Source: the human T2T-CHM13v2.0 reference genome, Homo sapiens. Taken from it: a stretch of 64,000 nt of DNA. Location: the NCBI RefSeq assembly GCF_009914755.1, contig NC_060926.1. One strand, written 5' to 3'. Shown in pieces: positions 1 to 14,350 of this stretch. The notes under the pieces were generated by a model. It was not told the DNA's origin. It made no database searches and was given only the letters and a program-made list of their open reading frames with translations. How positions within the stretch are numbered: the first letter of the stretch is position 1; each line of letters begins with the position of its first letter. The position numbers were made by a program, and so were the translations under genes.

Positions 1-1559
1 CATCCAATGAAAACATCTTCATTTATTATTATCCTTTCTTATGGATATCTGCATATCTGATCAGCTTCAACTGCACTCCATCTTAACATTTTGCTGGCTT
101 GTTTGAACTTAAATTTCCACACATATTCAGAATGCAAAACAAGCAAATAAACACATTAAAAATGCATGACGTACATCTATAATGTCTTTACTGTTTAGGT
201 CCAGCTAGGCTTTGTTATTCCCGAGATGCGAAAGACATTGATTGACCCTGAAGAAGCTAAGGTTGTTTGACGTGTCAGCTGTGGCAAGGTTATGAACAGC
301 GTAGAATAAACAGGTATAAACAAAGTCCACGGGACTCTGTGGCAGGGAGAGTGACATGCTTGATTCTACATGGGGGCCTCAGTGGGGACGTTGGAGATGG
401 AACTTGGAGACCCAGTGGGAAAGGTGAGGGAGTGTGAGACAAAGGAAATATCATTAATAAAAACAGAGGAGTTACCAGATTTGATACAGTAACAAAAGCA
501 GTGACACACTTCTCCTCTTTCAATTTTCTCCAGGAAGGAAAGGTGGCATGTCCTGCGAGGACAGGTGCCCTCTTCCTTCTCATTTCCTCCTGATGCTCAG
601 GTGAGCTGGCTTTGTGCTGCGTACAGCAGAGAGTGAAGAGAGAAACACTCTCACCAGATCTGAGAGTACCTGGTGGATTTGTTTTCTCACTGAATGGCAC
701 TTTAAAAAGTCATTTAACTTTCTTTTTGAAAAATTTACTTTAAACAACCTCTTTCAAAGTCATTAAAGAGAAATCTGCTAAAATGAGCTTTTTTTTTTAT
801 TTTAGCATCATCCTGGCCCAAATAGAATCATTTTTAGAGACACTGATCTTGTTTATGATATTATTAGAGGAAGGCCTAGAACAATGGCAGGTTTGGGCTG
901 TGTGTGAACCAGGACTTTGCAGTCCCCTTTCCAACATCTACTAGGGCCAGGACCATTCTCCTCACTGTAGGAGCTGCACGCTCTGCATGATGTCTAGAAA
1001 TTAAAGCATGGCTTTCTCTCCCCTTACTCATTCCTTAAGCATTAGTATTAATTTTTATTGATTTTCAAAAATACATAGTAAGGCAAAATTCAATTTCAAA
1101 AAGCTTCCACTGTGGGAAAGCTTTTACTAGGTTATAACCTCGTTAATTTATGGTCAATTTTAATTCTCCCTTACTGAACATAGCCTTACACTTGTGACCC
1201 AAGATTTGAGTCTGTCTTTACAGCCTGCTTATAAGTTACTCCCCATGCATAAGCCAATACATGAAGAAGGCAGCCATTGTTAACCCTTCTGGCTGCTGAG
1301 GGTTTAAAGTAACTTTCTCCTACAAAACCCAATGAAGTGAAGGGCTGAAGTGCAGTTTTCCATTCTTAGGTAACCCAGAGTTACTGATGCAGATATCAAA
1401 TTTCAGAAGACCATCACTGAGCCCTCCATTCAACTACTGAGTAACCAGAATGAGCACCATTGCTCTAGTTAGAATGCCATTTATCACTTCTTTATCAATT
1501 TAAATTAGGCATGCCTTTTGTTGCTTTTTAATCTAAATGCCCTCCTTAGTACCCAAATT

Positions 1560-2050
1560 ACAAATGTTTGTTGGATACCTGCTCGGGGCTCAGGGCTAGG
1601 GATACTAAAAGAAGTAACAGTTCTTGTCTTTTAGGAGCTCCCTACCCTATTTAGACTGGTAAACCTATAATGCAACTTAATGCGTAAATGATGCAATGAA
1701 GTGCTGAAGAAACACAGAAGAGGGACAAGACAGTAGGGGAGACTTCCTGAAAGATGACGTTCAAGCTGAGTCTTAAAGTATAAAGTTCAGCCACTTAAAG
1801 AGGATGGCATAGAGCATCCCAGTCAAAGCGAACACCACGGTCAAAGAAACCATAGGATACAATTTACTTGGGGAAAAGGGAGGGTATGTGTGCGTATGCA
1901 TGCGCACACATGCATGGGTTGTAGAAGAGAGAGAGAAGGGGGTGCTGGCAAAGGAAGCTAGACAGGAGGGCAGAGGCTAGATTGCGAGCAGCCTGTGTGC
2001 CAAAGTGAGGAGGTGCTGGGGGATCATGAACATAAGAGGAGCTTGATCTG
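1560..2050 (-). mobile_element. L2 LINE 3' fragment (degenerate)
   Basis: Starts caaatgtttgttggatacct, then ggagacttcctgaaagatgacgttcaagctgagtctt, typical of the antisense L2 3' end; boundaries approximate. Confidence 0.6.
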
Positions 2051-2200
2051 ACAACACTGCCTTTATCCCACCTCACAGTGAGTGTAAACAACCAAGGACC
2101 AAGGCTTGCCCTATATTTGTACAAAATTGCATTGTCTCATAGGCATAAAGACTATCTGAAGCCAACAAATACATCAGGCCCCTAATCAATAAATTTGCTA

Positions 2201-2597
<397 letters not shown>

Positions 2598-3104
2598 AAG
2601 AAAATTGATGCTATAACATGAATATTTAAAAACACTTACTAAAATTTCTAGAAGGTATTAAGATATTTACTTAGGCGGTTTTTAAGTCTGTCAGATAAAT
2701 AATGTCATTTATGTCGAAATTTCAAGCATATTCCAAGAAACTAGGAATTATTTCAAGAAATTAAACTTGAATAAAGGATATTAGCTCTACTTCTATATCA
2801 ATAGTTTGTTTTTTTCAAGGGCCATCCAAGGGAGAAGGAAACTCCAAGAAATAATGTGCATTTATAGATTAAGTTCCAAATGCAAAATTGCAAATGCAAA
2901 AATAAAAATGTAATAAGTTGTCACTATTTGTTTGTTTATTTATTTTCTTTGTTTTGTGGGACAAAAACCTGACAATCACACTAATTTCAGAAAGGTTTTT
3001 CCTGCTATCTATCAGGTTTTAAGGGTAATTTGCAACACATGCACATATACTCACCCACATTTTAGAGAGGAAGAAACATTACAAATTATTTACTCCAATT
3101 CTGC

Positions 3105-3185
3105 AATTTGTGCTGATAAAGAAATTGAGATTCAGAGAGGAAAAGTAACTATTTCAGGTTCACCAGGAAGTGAGGCACAATCCAA
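3105..3185 (-). mobile_element. MIR core fragment
   Basis: gataaagaaattgagattcagagaggaaaagtaact resembles the antisense MIR core. Confidence 0.55.
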
Positions 3186-3224
3186 GCAGGGAGGAAGGCA
3201 CACCAGCATCTTCATAGATTTTAC

Positions 3225-3400
3225 ATTTCCTCCCTACCGTCTTCCTCCCTCCTCCCCATTTCTTTTTCTCTTTCTTTCCACCTTCCCTACCTCTCCCTCC
3301 TTTATTTCCTTCCTTATTTCCTGCCTTCTTTCCTTCCTTCCTTCCTTCCTCCCTCCCTCCCTCCCTCCGTCCTTCCTTCCTTCCTTCTTCCTCTCTTCCC
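3225..3400. repeat. CT-rich low-complexity / (CCTT)n tract
   Basis: Near-pure pyrimidine run with CCTT and CCCT units. Confidence 0.9.
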
Positions 3401-4675
3401 AAGAGTTAATTTAGTATAAACTTTTTTTTACACAAACTATGGTTACTTTAAGAGAAGTCTTTCTTCCATCCTCACATATATTTGTATGAATTTATCTATC
3501 TGCCTTTGTTTATGTTTGTAGAAATTCTTTAAAAGGGCAACCAAACATTTCCCAATGAGCTTTTTCTGATTATTTCAGTGAAGTTTCCAGCTGCTTTGTG
3601 AGTGCATTAAGATGGAAATTTGCCAAGGGTCGTGCTTTAGTCATCATATCCTTAAGCAAAATAAACTTACTATGACTCTGCAGCAACCTCTATCATTGGA
3701 TCTTTGAAAGTAAAACAGACTAAGCCATCTCCTTCTATTTTCTGGTCTAAACGGTCCATCTCAGCGAGCAAATGTAAATGTCTATCATCCTCTGGCTCCT
3801 TTTAACCTGCTTGAGCCGGCCACCACTCTGTGTCAAAGGCTACTCTTGGGAGCTCCCTGAGATTCTGATTTGAGTGAGTCTTTCAGAAAAGACATGCATT
3901 TGCCCCTCATCTGGAGTTAGGCCATGGGATTAACCTCAAAGTGCTTCCCTTGGGCAGATTCAAAATAAGCTTCACAGAAGATGTGAAGTTGGTCTTTGAA
4001 CTTTCGAGAAGAGGCCTCTGAAACCCGGAGGGCTGGCAGCGAGACAAGTTGTGTGGAGAGTTTGCAGCTCCTGGGCCTTCTAAACAATTAGATAAAAATC
4101 AGGTTTGCCAACGTCCCTTTTTTCAGCAAAGGAATAATATATGCTTTTGCCAAAAGTCTCCTCTTGTGACCAGTGTGATTTTAATTACATCTTTTGGCAT
4201 TGTCTAAAGCCCTGAACCAGAAAATCCACTTATTAGAAACAAAAACAAACAAGCAGGACCTCGAGAAATAAGTCTAAATGCTACAGTGAAAGCTAAGAAC
4301 ATGAAACAAAAAATGTCTAAAGAACTTCAGTGTTGTCAAGAAAATACTGTCTTTCTCTTAAGGAATAAAACGGATTCTAGGAAAGTTATCAGTCATCAAA
4401 AAAGAGCCTTAATCAGATCGAAGAGACAACACAATATAAATAATGGAAGAGCCAAAGAAAATTAAAGCCATGTTGTTTAAACTGATTTTGTTCCTATTTT
4501 CCTGATGTCCCTGTATTAAATCAGTGTAAGTAAAGTGGTTAAGTTTATTTTGAACACATATGAACACATTCTTAAGATACATTGTCTATTAGTAAACATG
4601 TATCTACCTATTTATAAATGTTACATGTAACTGCACACATTTTATTAAGGTCATTAGAATATGCACTTTTTATGA

Positions 4676-5030
<355 letters not shown>

Positions 5031-5259
5031 GAACCTGTTTTTCAAAAAGACCAATTCTTTTGATCGAATCTTCAGGAATATAATTAGTTAGCACTATACT
5101 TGTTACCAGGTTTCTGTACACTAATTCCTCTTGTTGAAGACTTCTTTTAAGAATGTACATTATTATAATAAAAGGGACAAAGTTAGGTTTAAGACATTTC
5201 AAAAGCTAAAATCACATTAGCTCAAATGAGATCCCCTAATGGAGGGAGTACTGTGTAAA

Positions 5260-5660
5260 TGTTAAACATGCATGACTTCCTGTTGCCTATCAGATGAGGT
5301 CCACACTCCTCAACCACACACCCCAGGTCATGGTGAGATGGCTCATGTCCAACACAGTCTTGGTCCCACAGACACCCCGCCCTTCAGGAACACTCACTGA
5401 GGTTTGCTAGAGAAGTTTTGTATTTCTGTGCCATTCACATATGATTTCTGCTGCTTGGAAAATGTTTTCTCCATTTTTACATCCTGTGGGTTCCCCTTTA
5501 TCCTTCAGGACTTCAGGAAGGCACTTTCTTCTTTGCTAAGCCCTCTGGGGACCTTTCCATATGCATCCCAGCCTCTGCAGTGTCCCCTCATGCCCTCGTT
5601 TTTACAGTCTTTCCTACATGTCCCTCTCAGCATTGAGAACCATGTTTTGCAGTTGGTGGT
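5260..5660 (+). mobile_element. L2 fragment (degenerate)
   Basis: ctgcttggaaaatgttttctcc, tatccttcaggac and ggcactttcttct resemble the L2 3' region. Confidence 0.45.
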
Positions 5661-5781
5661 CTTCCTGATTCAGTTACTCTAAGTAGTCAGCTTTTTCAGG
5701 GCAACAATATATGCGTTTTACTTCTGTCTCCAGAACCAGAACTTTATCTGACATGTAATAAGAATTTTGAGATAGATCATT

Positions 5782-6498
5782 TAAAAAGAAAGGAAAAAAA
5801 GGAGAAAAAGAAGGCAGAAAGAAAGGAAAAGAGGGAAGGAAGAGGGAAGAAGCGAGGGAGGGGGGAAGGAGGAAAAGACGCAGTAAGGAAAAAAGAAAGG
5901 AAGAAATGAAGAGAGGGAGGAAGGTAGAAAGGATAGATGAAAGAAAGAAGAAAGGTACACGTGAAAGAAAGAAGAAGAAAGAAAGGAAGAGAAGGAGGGA
6001 GGAGGATGGAAGGGGGGAGAGAGATGAAGAGAGAGGGGGAGAAAGAAAAGGAAAGAAAGGAGAAGAGAAGGGTGGGAGGGAGAGGAATGCAAGAAAAAAG
6101 GAAAGTAGGAGAGAAGAAAGAAAAGATACAGGAAAGAAGGGGAGTGAGGAGAGTGATGAAAGATGAAAGGAAGCATAGATAAAGGGGAGGACAGATGGAC
6201 AGGAAGGAGGGAAGAAGGGAGGGGAGAGAAAGAAGAATGGAGGGAAGGAAAGAAAGAGGAAGGCAGGAAGGAAGGAAGGAAGGAAAGAGGGAGGGAGAGA
6301 GGAAGGAAGGGGAAGAAAAGGAAGGAAGAGAAAGAAAGAAAAGGAGAGAAGAAGGAAGGAAGGAAGGAAAGAGGGAGGGAGAGAGGAAGGAAGGGGAAGA
6401 AAAGGAGGAAGGAAGAGAAAGAAAAGGAGAGAGGAAGGAAGGAAGGAAAGAAGGAGTGATGGAGGGCAGGAGGGAGGGAGGAAGGAAGAAAGAAAAAG
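5782..6498. repeat. Long GA-rich (polypurine) tract with (GGAA)n blocks
   Basis: About 720 bp of almost only A/G; source of the seven overlapping ORFs here. Confidence 0.95.
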
Positions 6499-7587
6499 GC
6501 TCAATTATTTTTGTGTTTTGCTGTGAACCCTTTAGCAACAACAAATGCAGACAACAGTAGAGGAGTCAGGAAGTCCATGTCAGATGAAGAGGCAGCGACA
6601 GGGCACTACGGGAGAGGCTGTGAGCCGTCCCTGGCCTGGTGAGCACCTGCAGCTGTGAATGCTAAGGACAGAACGGCAGTCCTCGACCTGTTTTTACAAA
6701 GAGCAGTCCTTTTGATTAAATCATCAGGAACATGATTATTTGGCACTTCCGGTTTTTACCTGGTTTCTGTACACTCATCTTCTTTTGTTAGAGGACTCTT
6801 TTTTAAAATGTGTGTTATTAAAATAAAGGGGACAAAGTTAAGTTTAAGACATTTTCCAAGGGTAAATATTACATGAGGACAAATGAGATCCCCTCATGAA
6901 GCAAGTAACCAGATCTGGAGGTGTGTGTTATCTCCATGGAGAAAATGTGAGTTTAAGTGAAACCAGAGGAGTGGGTCATTCTGCGCCTGACCCCGGATGC
7001 CTCTGCACAAGCCTGACTCTCATTCCAAACCCGTCAGCAGCGCACAGAGTTCTGTACAGAAGGGCTTTGTGGCCGCGTGTGGTATTTATTTCAAGCTAGT
7101 CTTTCATCTGGAGTCAGAGGAAACATTTAAAACCCAACGAGGTGAACTGCAGAAAGAAAGCAAACTCCAGGAGGAAGGTATAGCTGGAGATTGCTCATTT
7201 GTAAACACCTGACTATTCAAAGAAAGGAGAGATCTCATTATTCTTCACCTTTACCAGAAAAGCGAGGTCTAAGAGAAGCCCCTCTCCGGGTGGAGATAGC
7301 ACAAATTTACCTTAAAGAGCCCAACACCACAGAAATCTAGTGTTAATTCTGAGCACTCAGCACTTAAGAGAAAATGTATCTTTCTGTGATTAAGTGAATA
7401 GTTTTGTAAGTCCGTTTTAGTTATCTGTTTTTAAGAGAGTGAGCATGTTTATTTTTAAAAACTATAAAGTTTCTATATTTGTATATAGACTTCTTGTTTT
7501 AATAATTTAGATTATTTTAAAAATGTCTTCTGGGGAGCATTAGTTTCTAAGGTGCCAGTAGTTGTTGCTTTAAAAAAAATTATTCTT

Positions 7588-7884
<297 letters not shown>

Positions 7885-8087
7885 TTGTTCTTTATCTCAA
7901 TACATTGAGAAAATATTGACAAAAAATTTCAATTAAAGACTTCTTGAAAGGTTCTCAATCTTTCATTTTCATTTTGCTCCTCAATCTTGACAATAAAATG
8001 ATTCCCAGTAGGAGCAAATTTTGGAAAATACTGATTAACATCACAGAATATTAAAATTGAATAAGGAATCTACAGTAATCTAATAAA

Positions 8088-8258
8088 ATTGTTTTCTAAC
8101 CTGGGTATTCATTAGAATTGTGAAGGATCCTAAAAGAGAAATTTATGTTCTTCACTCTGCGGTTGCTGTTTAGTTCTCAGATGGGACACAGAAATCTGAA
8201 GTTTTCAAACAGTCTCTGGCAATTCAGAAAGATGTGGCATTGTTTGGGAACCACCACT
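8088..8258. mobile_element. MER5-type hAT-Charlie DNA transposon
   Basis: gttttctaacctggg...cattagaat at one end and tttgggaaccaccact at the other resemble MER5 termini. Confidence 0.55.
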
Positions 8259-9513
8259 GAAGCTACTACCTTGTATTTTACAAACACTGAAAATAAATTC
8301 TAACTATAATGCTAAATCATGGGCCTCCAGTATCTAACATACTGCAATTCTATTCCAGAATTCCTTACAAAAGTGTTTCCCTGCCCCCATTTTCTGGTGA
8401 CTCATGTCACAACCAAGTCTGAGTGTGGTCTGATGGATGAGGCAGTGTGTAGAAGTCTAGGAGACCTAGGAGACACACAGACAACATGCCTGTTTTGAAA
8501 GTCTACACACTGGGTTCTGGCCTCGGCTCTGTCATTAATTAGTAATTTGATTTAGGAAACTTTCTTACTCTTCCCAGGCCTTCCTCTTGTTCCAGATGAG
8601 AAGTTTGAACAAAATGTTTTCTTAGGTCAGTAGCACCTGAGAACGATTCTGCTCTGATTAGACACAAAAATGCGACAGGACATTATTGTGTCGTTTTACA
8701 AACGTCAGTTCAAATACATATGAATTGCTGAGAAATCCTGCCCAAGCTACATGTTTGAGAGCAAAGTGGACTGGATGCGTAATTCCTGGAGCTAAAAAGG
8801 GAAAAGTCCTTCAGACGTCTGCCTACAGCCTGTGCTTGACCCAGGAGACAGAGTGACTCATGCATGCCATTTGCTGCAATTCCCTGACCTGTGCAAGCAC
8901 AAGGGATCAGAAGTCAGACTCATAACAGGAAATGCTGCTAAAATTATAGCTCCCTCCCTGAACCTGGCCTTCCTGCTATCTGTTCTTTTTGATGGGACAT
9001 AATTGAGCCAGCTCTGGTTACAGAGACAGAGGCTTGGGAAAGTCAATGGTCAGAATGAAGGTGACCCTGCAGAAGAATCCATCAAAGAATAGGGTTTCTT
9101 TGTGCATGCATGCTTTGCGTGGTGGGGGCTGGGTTCAGTTCCCAGGTTTGTGACTGAATATCATTTTCGGCTTCAATGCCTAGTGCTGACATGAGTTTCT
9201 CCGGATGGCTTTTCTATAAAAAGGTGAGTGCCTTATCATTCATCTTGTCCTTCTCATTGAACTTTTTAAACTTTCTCTTCAAAAAAATTCTGAACCCCAG
9301 ACGGGCCCTTTTGGGTCTTGGGCAACCTCTGGTTGCAGAGCAGGGCCACGAGCATGCAGTGGGAGGGGATCCAGCAGCCAGGCTGCTCCCCACACTGCAG
9401 GGCTTCTGTGAACTGCAAAGGCCTTGAAAATGACTTCGTGCCTGATTTTTATTTTCAATGGATTTCTAGAAAGCCAAGTTTAAATAAAGTTTTAAAAATA
9501 AATGAATATCTAA

Positions 9514-9914
<401 letters not shown>

Positions 9915-10149
9915 ATAAATTTATGTACCTGTAATATATATGATAAATGTGTTTATTTTAATCAAAATGATTAATTAGAGGAGGACACAGTAGTAAAACT
10001 GTTTCATAGATTGAGAAATCCCCCAGTAGCCTGGCTTGTTGGCAGTCTCCTTCTAGAGCTGTAGATGAAAGCTGCATGCCAGGGACACCAGAGCATGTGG
10101 GGAACCCGCACATTCAGCTTGCTTCCTTGTCTGTGCCCAGGACACGTGC

Positions 10150-10390
10150 CTCCTACTCCATCCCTTTGGGCAGTTAGATGTCACTCCTCCTTCAAGTCCT
10201 AGCTGAACCTTGTCCCTGCTCTTCTAAGGCAGAGTTAAGTCCATTTTTCCCAGAGCAGCTTCACCATTGTTTTTTCAGAACTCTTCTCCAGATTAGACTC
10301 TTTGAAGGAAAGGACCATGAATTTTCATCTGGGCTTCCAGCTCCAAGTACAGGCCTGGGCCCCTAACTTATTCAATAAATACTTATAGAC
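10150..10390 (+). mobile_element. L2 3' end (sense)
   Basis: ttagactctttgaaggaaaggacc...ttattcaataaatac is the L2 terminus. Confidence 0.6.
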
Positions 10391-10429
10391 AAAAATTGAT
10401 TTGATATGCCAAGCCATGTTCTCATTTGC

Positions 10430-12650
10430 TTATTCAGTAAATATTTGTTGAATGTCATTCCCGTGCCTGGAACTATCCTAGGGCTCAAAGGCTGAAGATG
10501 AAAATGCACCTGCTTTCACGGAGTTTGTGTTCCAGTCAAAGGAAAAATGGCAATATGTACCTATATGAATAAAGAAATAATTTATTATCACACTGAATGC
10601 TATAGAGAAAATATAATACATAATAGGTTTGAAAGTAAATTGATAGGTAGATGGTGGCTAATGTCAAGGTTGACCTCTTTGAGAAGGTAATGATTGAAAT
10701 GAAATCTACAAAAACAAGGAAGACTTAGTCCTGTGGGAATTTAGGAAAAGTGTATTCTGAATGTAGTTTATCCAAAGTGAAACCAACAAACAAAAAACAG
10801 AGGTGGGAGGAAGACTATATTTTTGAAACTGAAATGAAGAAGTCCAATATAGCTAAACTATGGCAAATAAGAGTGAGAGATGTTGGCAGTGGCAAATTCA
10901 TGAAAGGTTAGAAAGTTGTGAGGAAGATATAATTATAATCCTAAACCACTGGAAGGCTTACAGCAGGAGAACGTTGTGACATTTTTGACTTTTAAATGAC
11001 TGCTGTCATTTAAAACTATAGAGCGTGGGTCCAAGAGTCATCTGATAGAGTGTGGGTCCAAGAGTCATCTGATAAACAAAAACATGGAACTAATGACCCC
11101 GGAGCAGATATCTGAGGGCAGGGCCAATAGAAGTGGTCAAAGCTGGACCTATAAATTCGGGAGACCTCAGAATATGCATTGTGCACAGGATGATGGGGAA
11201 TAGATGAGATTACCTAAGGAACAAAGGGAGATAAATACAGGACACTTACATATGTGGAGTTCTGGTAGACATGAGGAATTAGCGAAGGAGGCCGAGAAGA
11301 ACAGGACCAAAGCAGGAAGGTTTTGTGACACCCAGAGACTGCAGTGTCTGAGAGAGAGTCACTGGCTAATGCTGCTAATGCTACTGAATAGTTGGGTAAG
11401 ATAAGGAACAGATAATTAACTAGTAAATTTGAGAATATGAAAGTCATTGGTAAGCGATAAAAAAATCATTATATTGGTGGCAACAAAGATAGAAATGAAG
11501 TAGGTTAAGAAAAATATACAATGTAAAAAAATGGAAATAGCAGGGATCATGTTGTAAAAAGGAGAAAGGAAATGGAGGCACTGTTTGAGAGAGATGTGGG
11601 GTCCAATGAGGTTTGATGTTTTGTAAGGATAATATTAACACATGTATAAGGCCAGGAAAGCTAGTGGACAAAGTCTAACAAAGAGTGAGACACTGAGATG
11701 AAGCGGAGGTGAAAGATATTGCTAGAAGAAATTCCTGAGTACCTGTGAGAGGATGAGATACATCACACAAGGAAAAACAGGCTTTAGGTAAAGCCAGAAT
11801 ATTTCTGTCTTTGAATAGAAACTCATAGTAAGTGCGCATATATCTCAAGACATTAGTTCATCCTTTTTCAGCTATGAGGTGAGGTCATTAGCCGAGAGTT
11901 GAGGCCAGGAGAGTGCCAGAAGTTGAAAGAGAGAGATGACATGAAATAGCCTACTCTGAGAATGGGATATTGGGTTCATCTAAGTGTCTGTCAATGCTTT
12001 TGGACATACACTGGAAGAGATATTTAGACATCTCAGCTGTATAAGTGTATCCAGCAACATGTAGTTACAAAGAAGCTGCGTGGGGTTGGCTGAGAGTTGG
12101 CAGGCTAAGCATTTTCTCATTGAGAAGGAGAGTGGAGAGAGGGACACAGGGGCGAGGGTGTTTTATGAGAGTCATAGATAACATAACGGTGGGGTCTAAA
12201 TCAGAGCGTGTGAGAACAGGAGCAAGGAGAATTGAGAGCATAAAAATAAAAGGTTGAAGCCAGGCATGCTAGTGGCCCAGTAGTCCAGCTACTCCAGAGG
12301 CGAGAGGATCACTCAAGTCCAGGTGTTTGAGGTCAGCCGGAACAACATAGTAAGGCCCTGTCTTAAAAAAAAAAAAAAAAAAAAAAAAAAGATAAAGAAA
12401 GAAATGAAAATGGACAGCCATCATCTTGGAAATCTTTTGACAAAGTTCAGGCATACCCATGACAGTGGGTGGCTGAGTTGGGTGTGGAAGAAAGATCACA
12501 GAGGAGGAGGTTGTGAAAGAGTGAGAATCAAATAGATAATTTATTTCATACTCAAGTCACCTGGAAAGATGCTTGTAGACATGGTGGAGAGGGAAGCAGA
12601 AGCCCTGGACAGGGGATGACCAGGAATGCGGGGGAGTTTGGTAGATGAGA
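10430..12650 (-). mobile_element. Long degenerate L2, interrupted by an Alu monomer
   Basis: Begins tattcagtaaatatttgttgaatg; later gacctctttgagaaggtaatgattgaaatga and ataaattcgggagacctcag match L2; far end approximate. Confidence 0.65.
12258..12390 (+). mobile_element. Alu monomer (FLAM/FAM-like)
   Basis: Single arm agccaggcatg...caacatagtaaggccctgtctt followed by a long A run. Confidence 0.8.
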
Positions 12651-12847
12651 GCAACAAGAAGGGGTGAAGATTAATGACTTGTGTCAAAAAAGACTTCTTT
12701 TTAACAACAGGAAAACAGAGACATTTTTTATAATTTTTTATATTATAGCATAAGGTTTTCTAGTGCAGGATCCGACAGCCTTTGCTTGTCTGTAAAGAGA
12801 GCATTGTCCCTCCCCAGCTCCTCTTGTGTCTTAAAGAGTGGTTGATA

Positions 12848-13278
<431 letters not shown>

Positions 13279-13309
13279 TTAAGAGCATGGAATGTCAGAT
13301 GCAGCCATA

Positions 13310-13760
13310 GATGTATTACTTCAACCACTATTAGGTACTATGTCTACAACATTGTGGGGAAAAAAAAAGACCTAAGTCCACCTTACATTCTAGAAGAATT
13401 CATACAGGCTGGATAAATGCCATCACTGATCAGTACTACAGGAGCATAAAAAGGAGAGTCACTAACTGTACTTGGGAATCTTGGCCAGAACTAGATGTCT
13501 TTTATGCTTAGCTTAAGGGAGACATACACATTTTCTAGGTGGAAAAGAGAAGGAAGGAAGTTCCAGGCAGAGAGACTAACATAAATGAATGGGCAAGTGA
13601 TCTGAGCAAGCCTGTTGTGATGTGGGAATGGCAGACAGTCGGTGTGACTGAAGCCCAGCGTGCCTGTGAGTGGGGCATGGGAAGGGTTAGGATGGAGACA
13701 GAGAAGTTTCATGACATAGCAGTGACAGGCTGAACTATGGCTCTGGGAAAAATGTGTGTC
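13310..13760 (-). mobile_element. L2 fragment
   Basis: Antisense L2 3' pattern including gttccaggcagagag. Confidence 0.5.
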
Positions 13761-14194
13761 CAATCAAATTGTGTTTAGTTGCATTATTCAGTCCCATAGA
13801 ACTCTGCTGTTGTGCAGAAGAAGTGGCGATCAACTAAAACTGAAGAAGCAACCTTACAACTAGTCCCATCAAGGGCTGCATAGGGATCCTGAGGAAATAC
13901 ACAGTAAGGTATCCTACCTGCATCACAAAACAAGGAGCCATGTCTATTTCTTCTGTAGGTAAAGTCAGACAGATATGCACCCACATAGGAATAACAATAA
14001 TGTCCTCACTTTCTCCCCGGACTCCTAGATCCTCTGGTAGAATTGGCAAGAATGGTGTTCCTCCTTCTCAGGATTGTCTCCAAGGTAGCTGCAATACCCT
14101 CAGTTGAGCTCTAGGCTGAGGGCATTATCTAAAGTTGTGCTAATGTTTTCATTATGGTAATACTAAGAAAGATGATATCAAAGCTCTTGCAGTA

Positions 14195-14350
14195 TTTCAT
14201 AACATATAAAATACTTTAAAAAACATCACATTAATTTGACAAAGGATATATGGGCATTATTAACTTCAATGTAGAGATGGACTCAGAGGCCTAGAGAGGC
14301 CACACAGCTATAGAACATCTAAAAACACGGCTACTAATTTTTATCTTAGT
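14195..14350 (-). mobile_element. MIR fragment
   Basis: aatgtagagatggactcagaggcctagagaggccacacagct. Confidence 0.5.

Noticed and set aside
1098-1125. Small hairpin aaaagcttccac-t-gtgggaaagctttt
   Set aside because: Short and bulged; compatible with chance.
5674-6560. Long ORFs up to 276 aa rich in S/F/L/P or E/R/K/G
   Set aside because: Translations of the GA/CT low-complexity tract, which lacks stop codons by composition.
8398-8860. Two AP-1 sites (TGACTCA at 8398 and 8854)
   Set aside because: Short motifs expected by chance in 64 kb; no supporting evidence.
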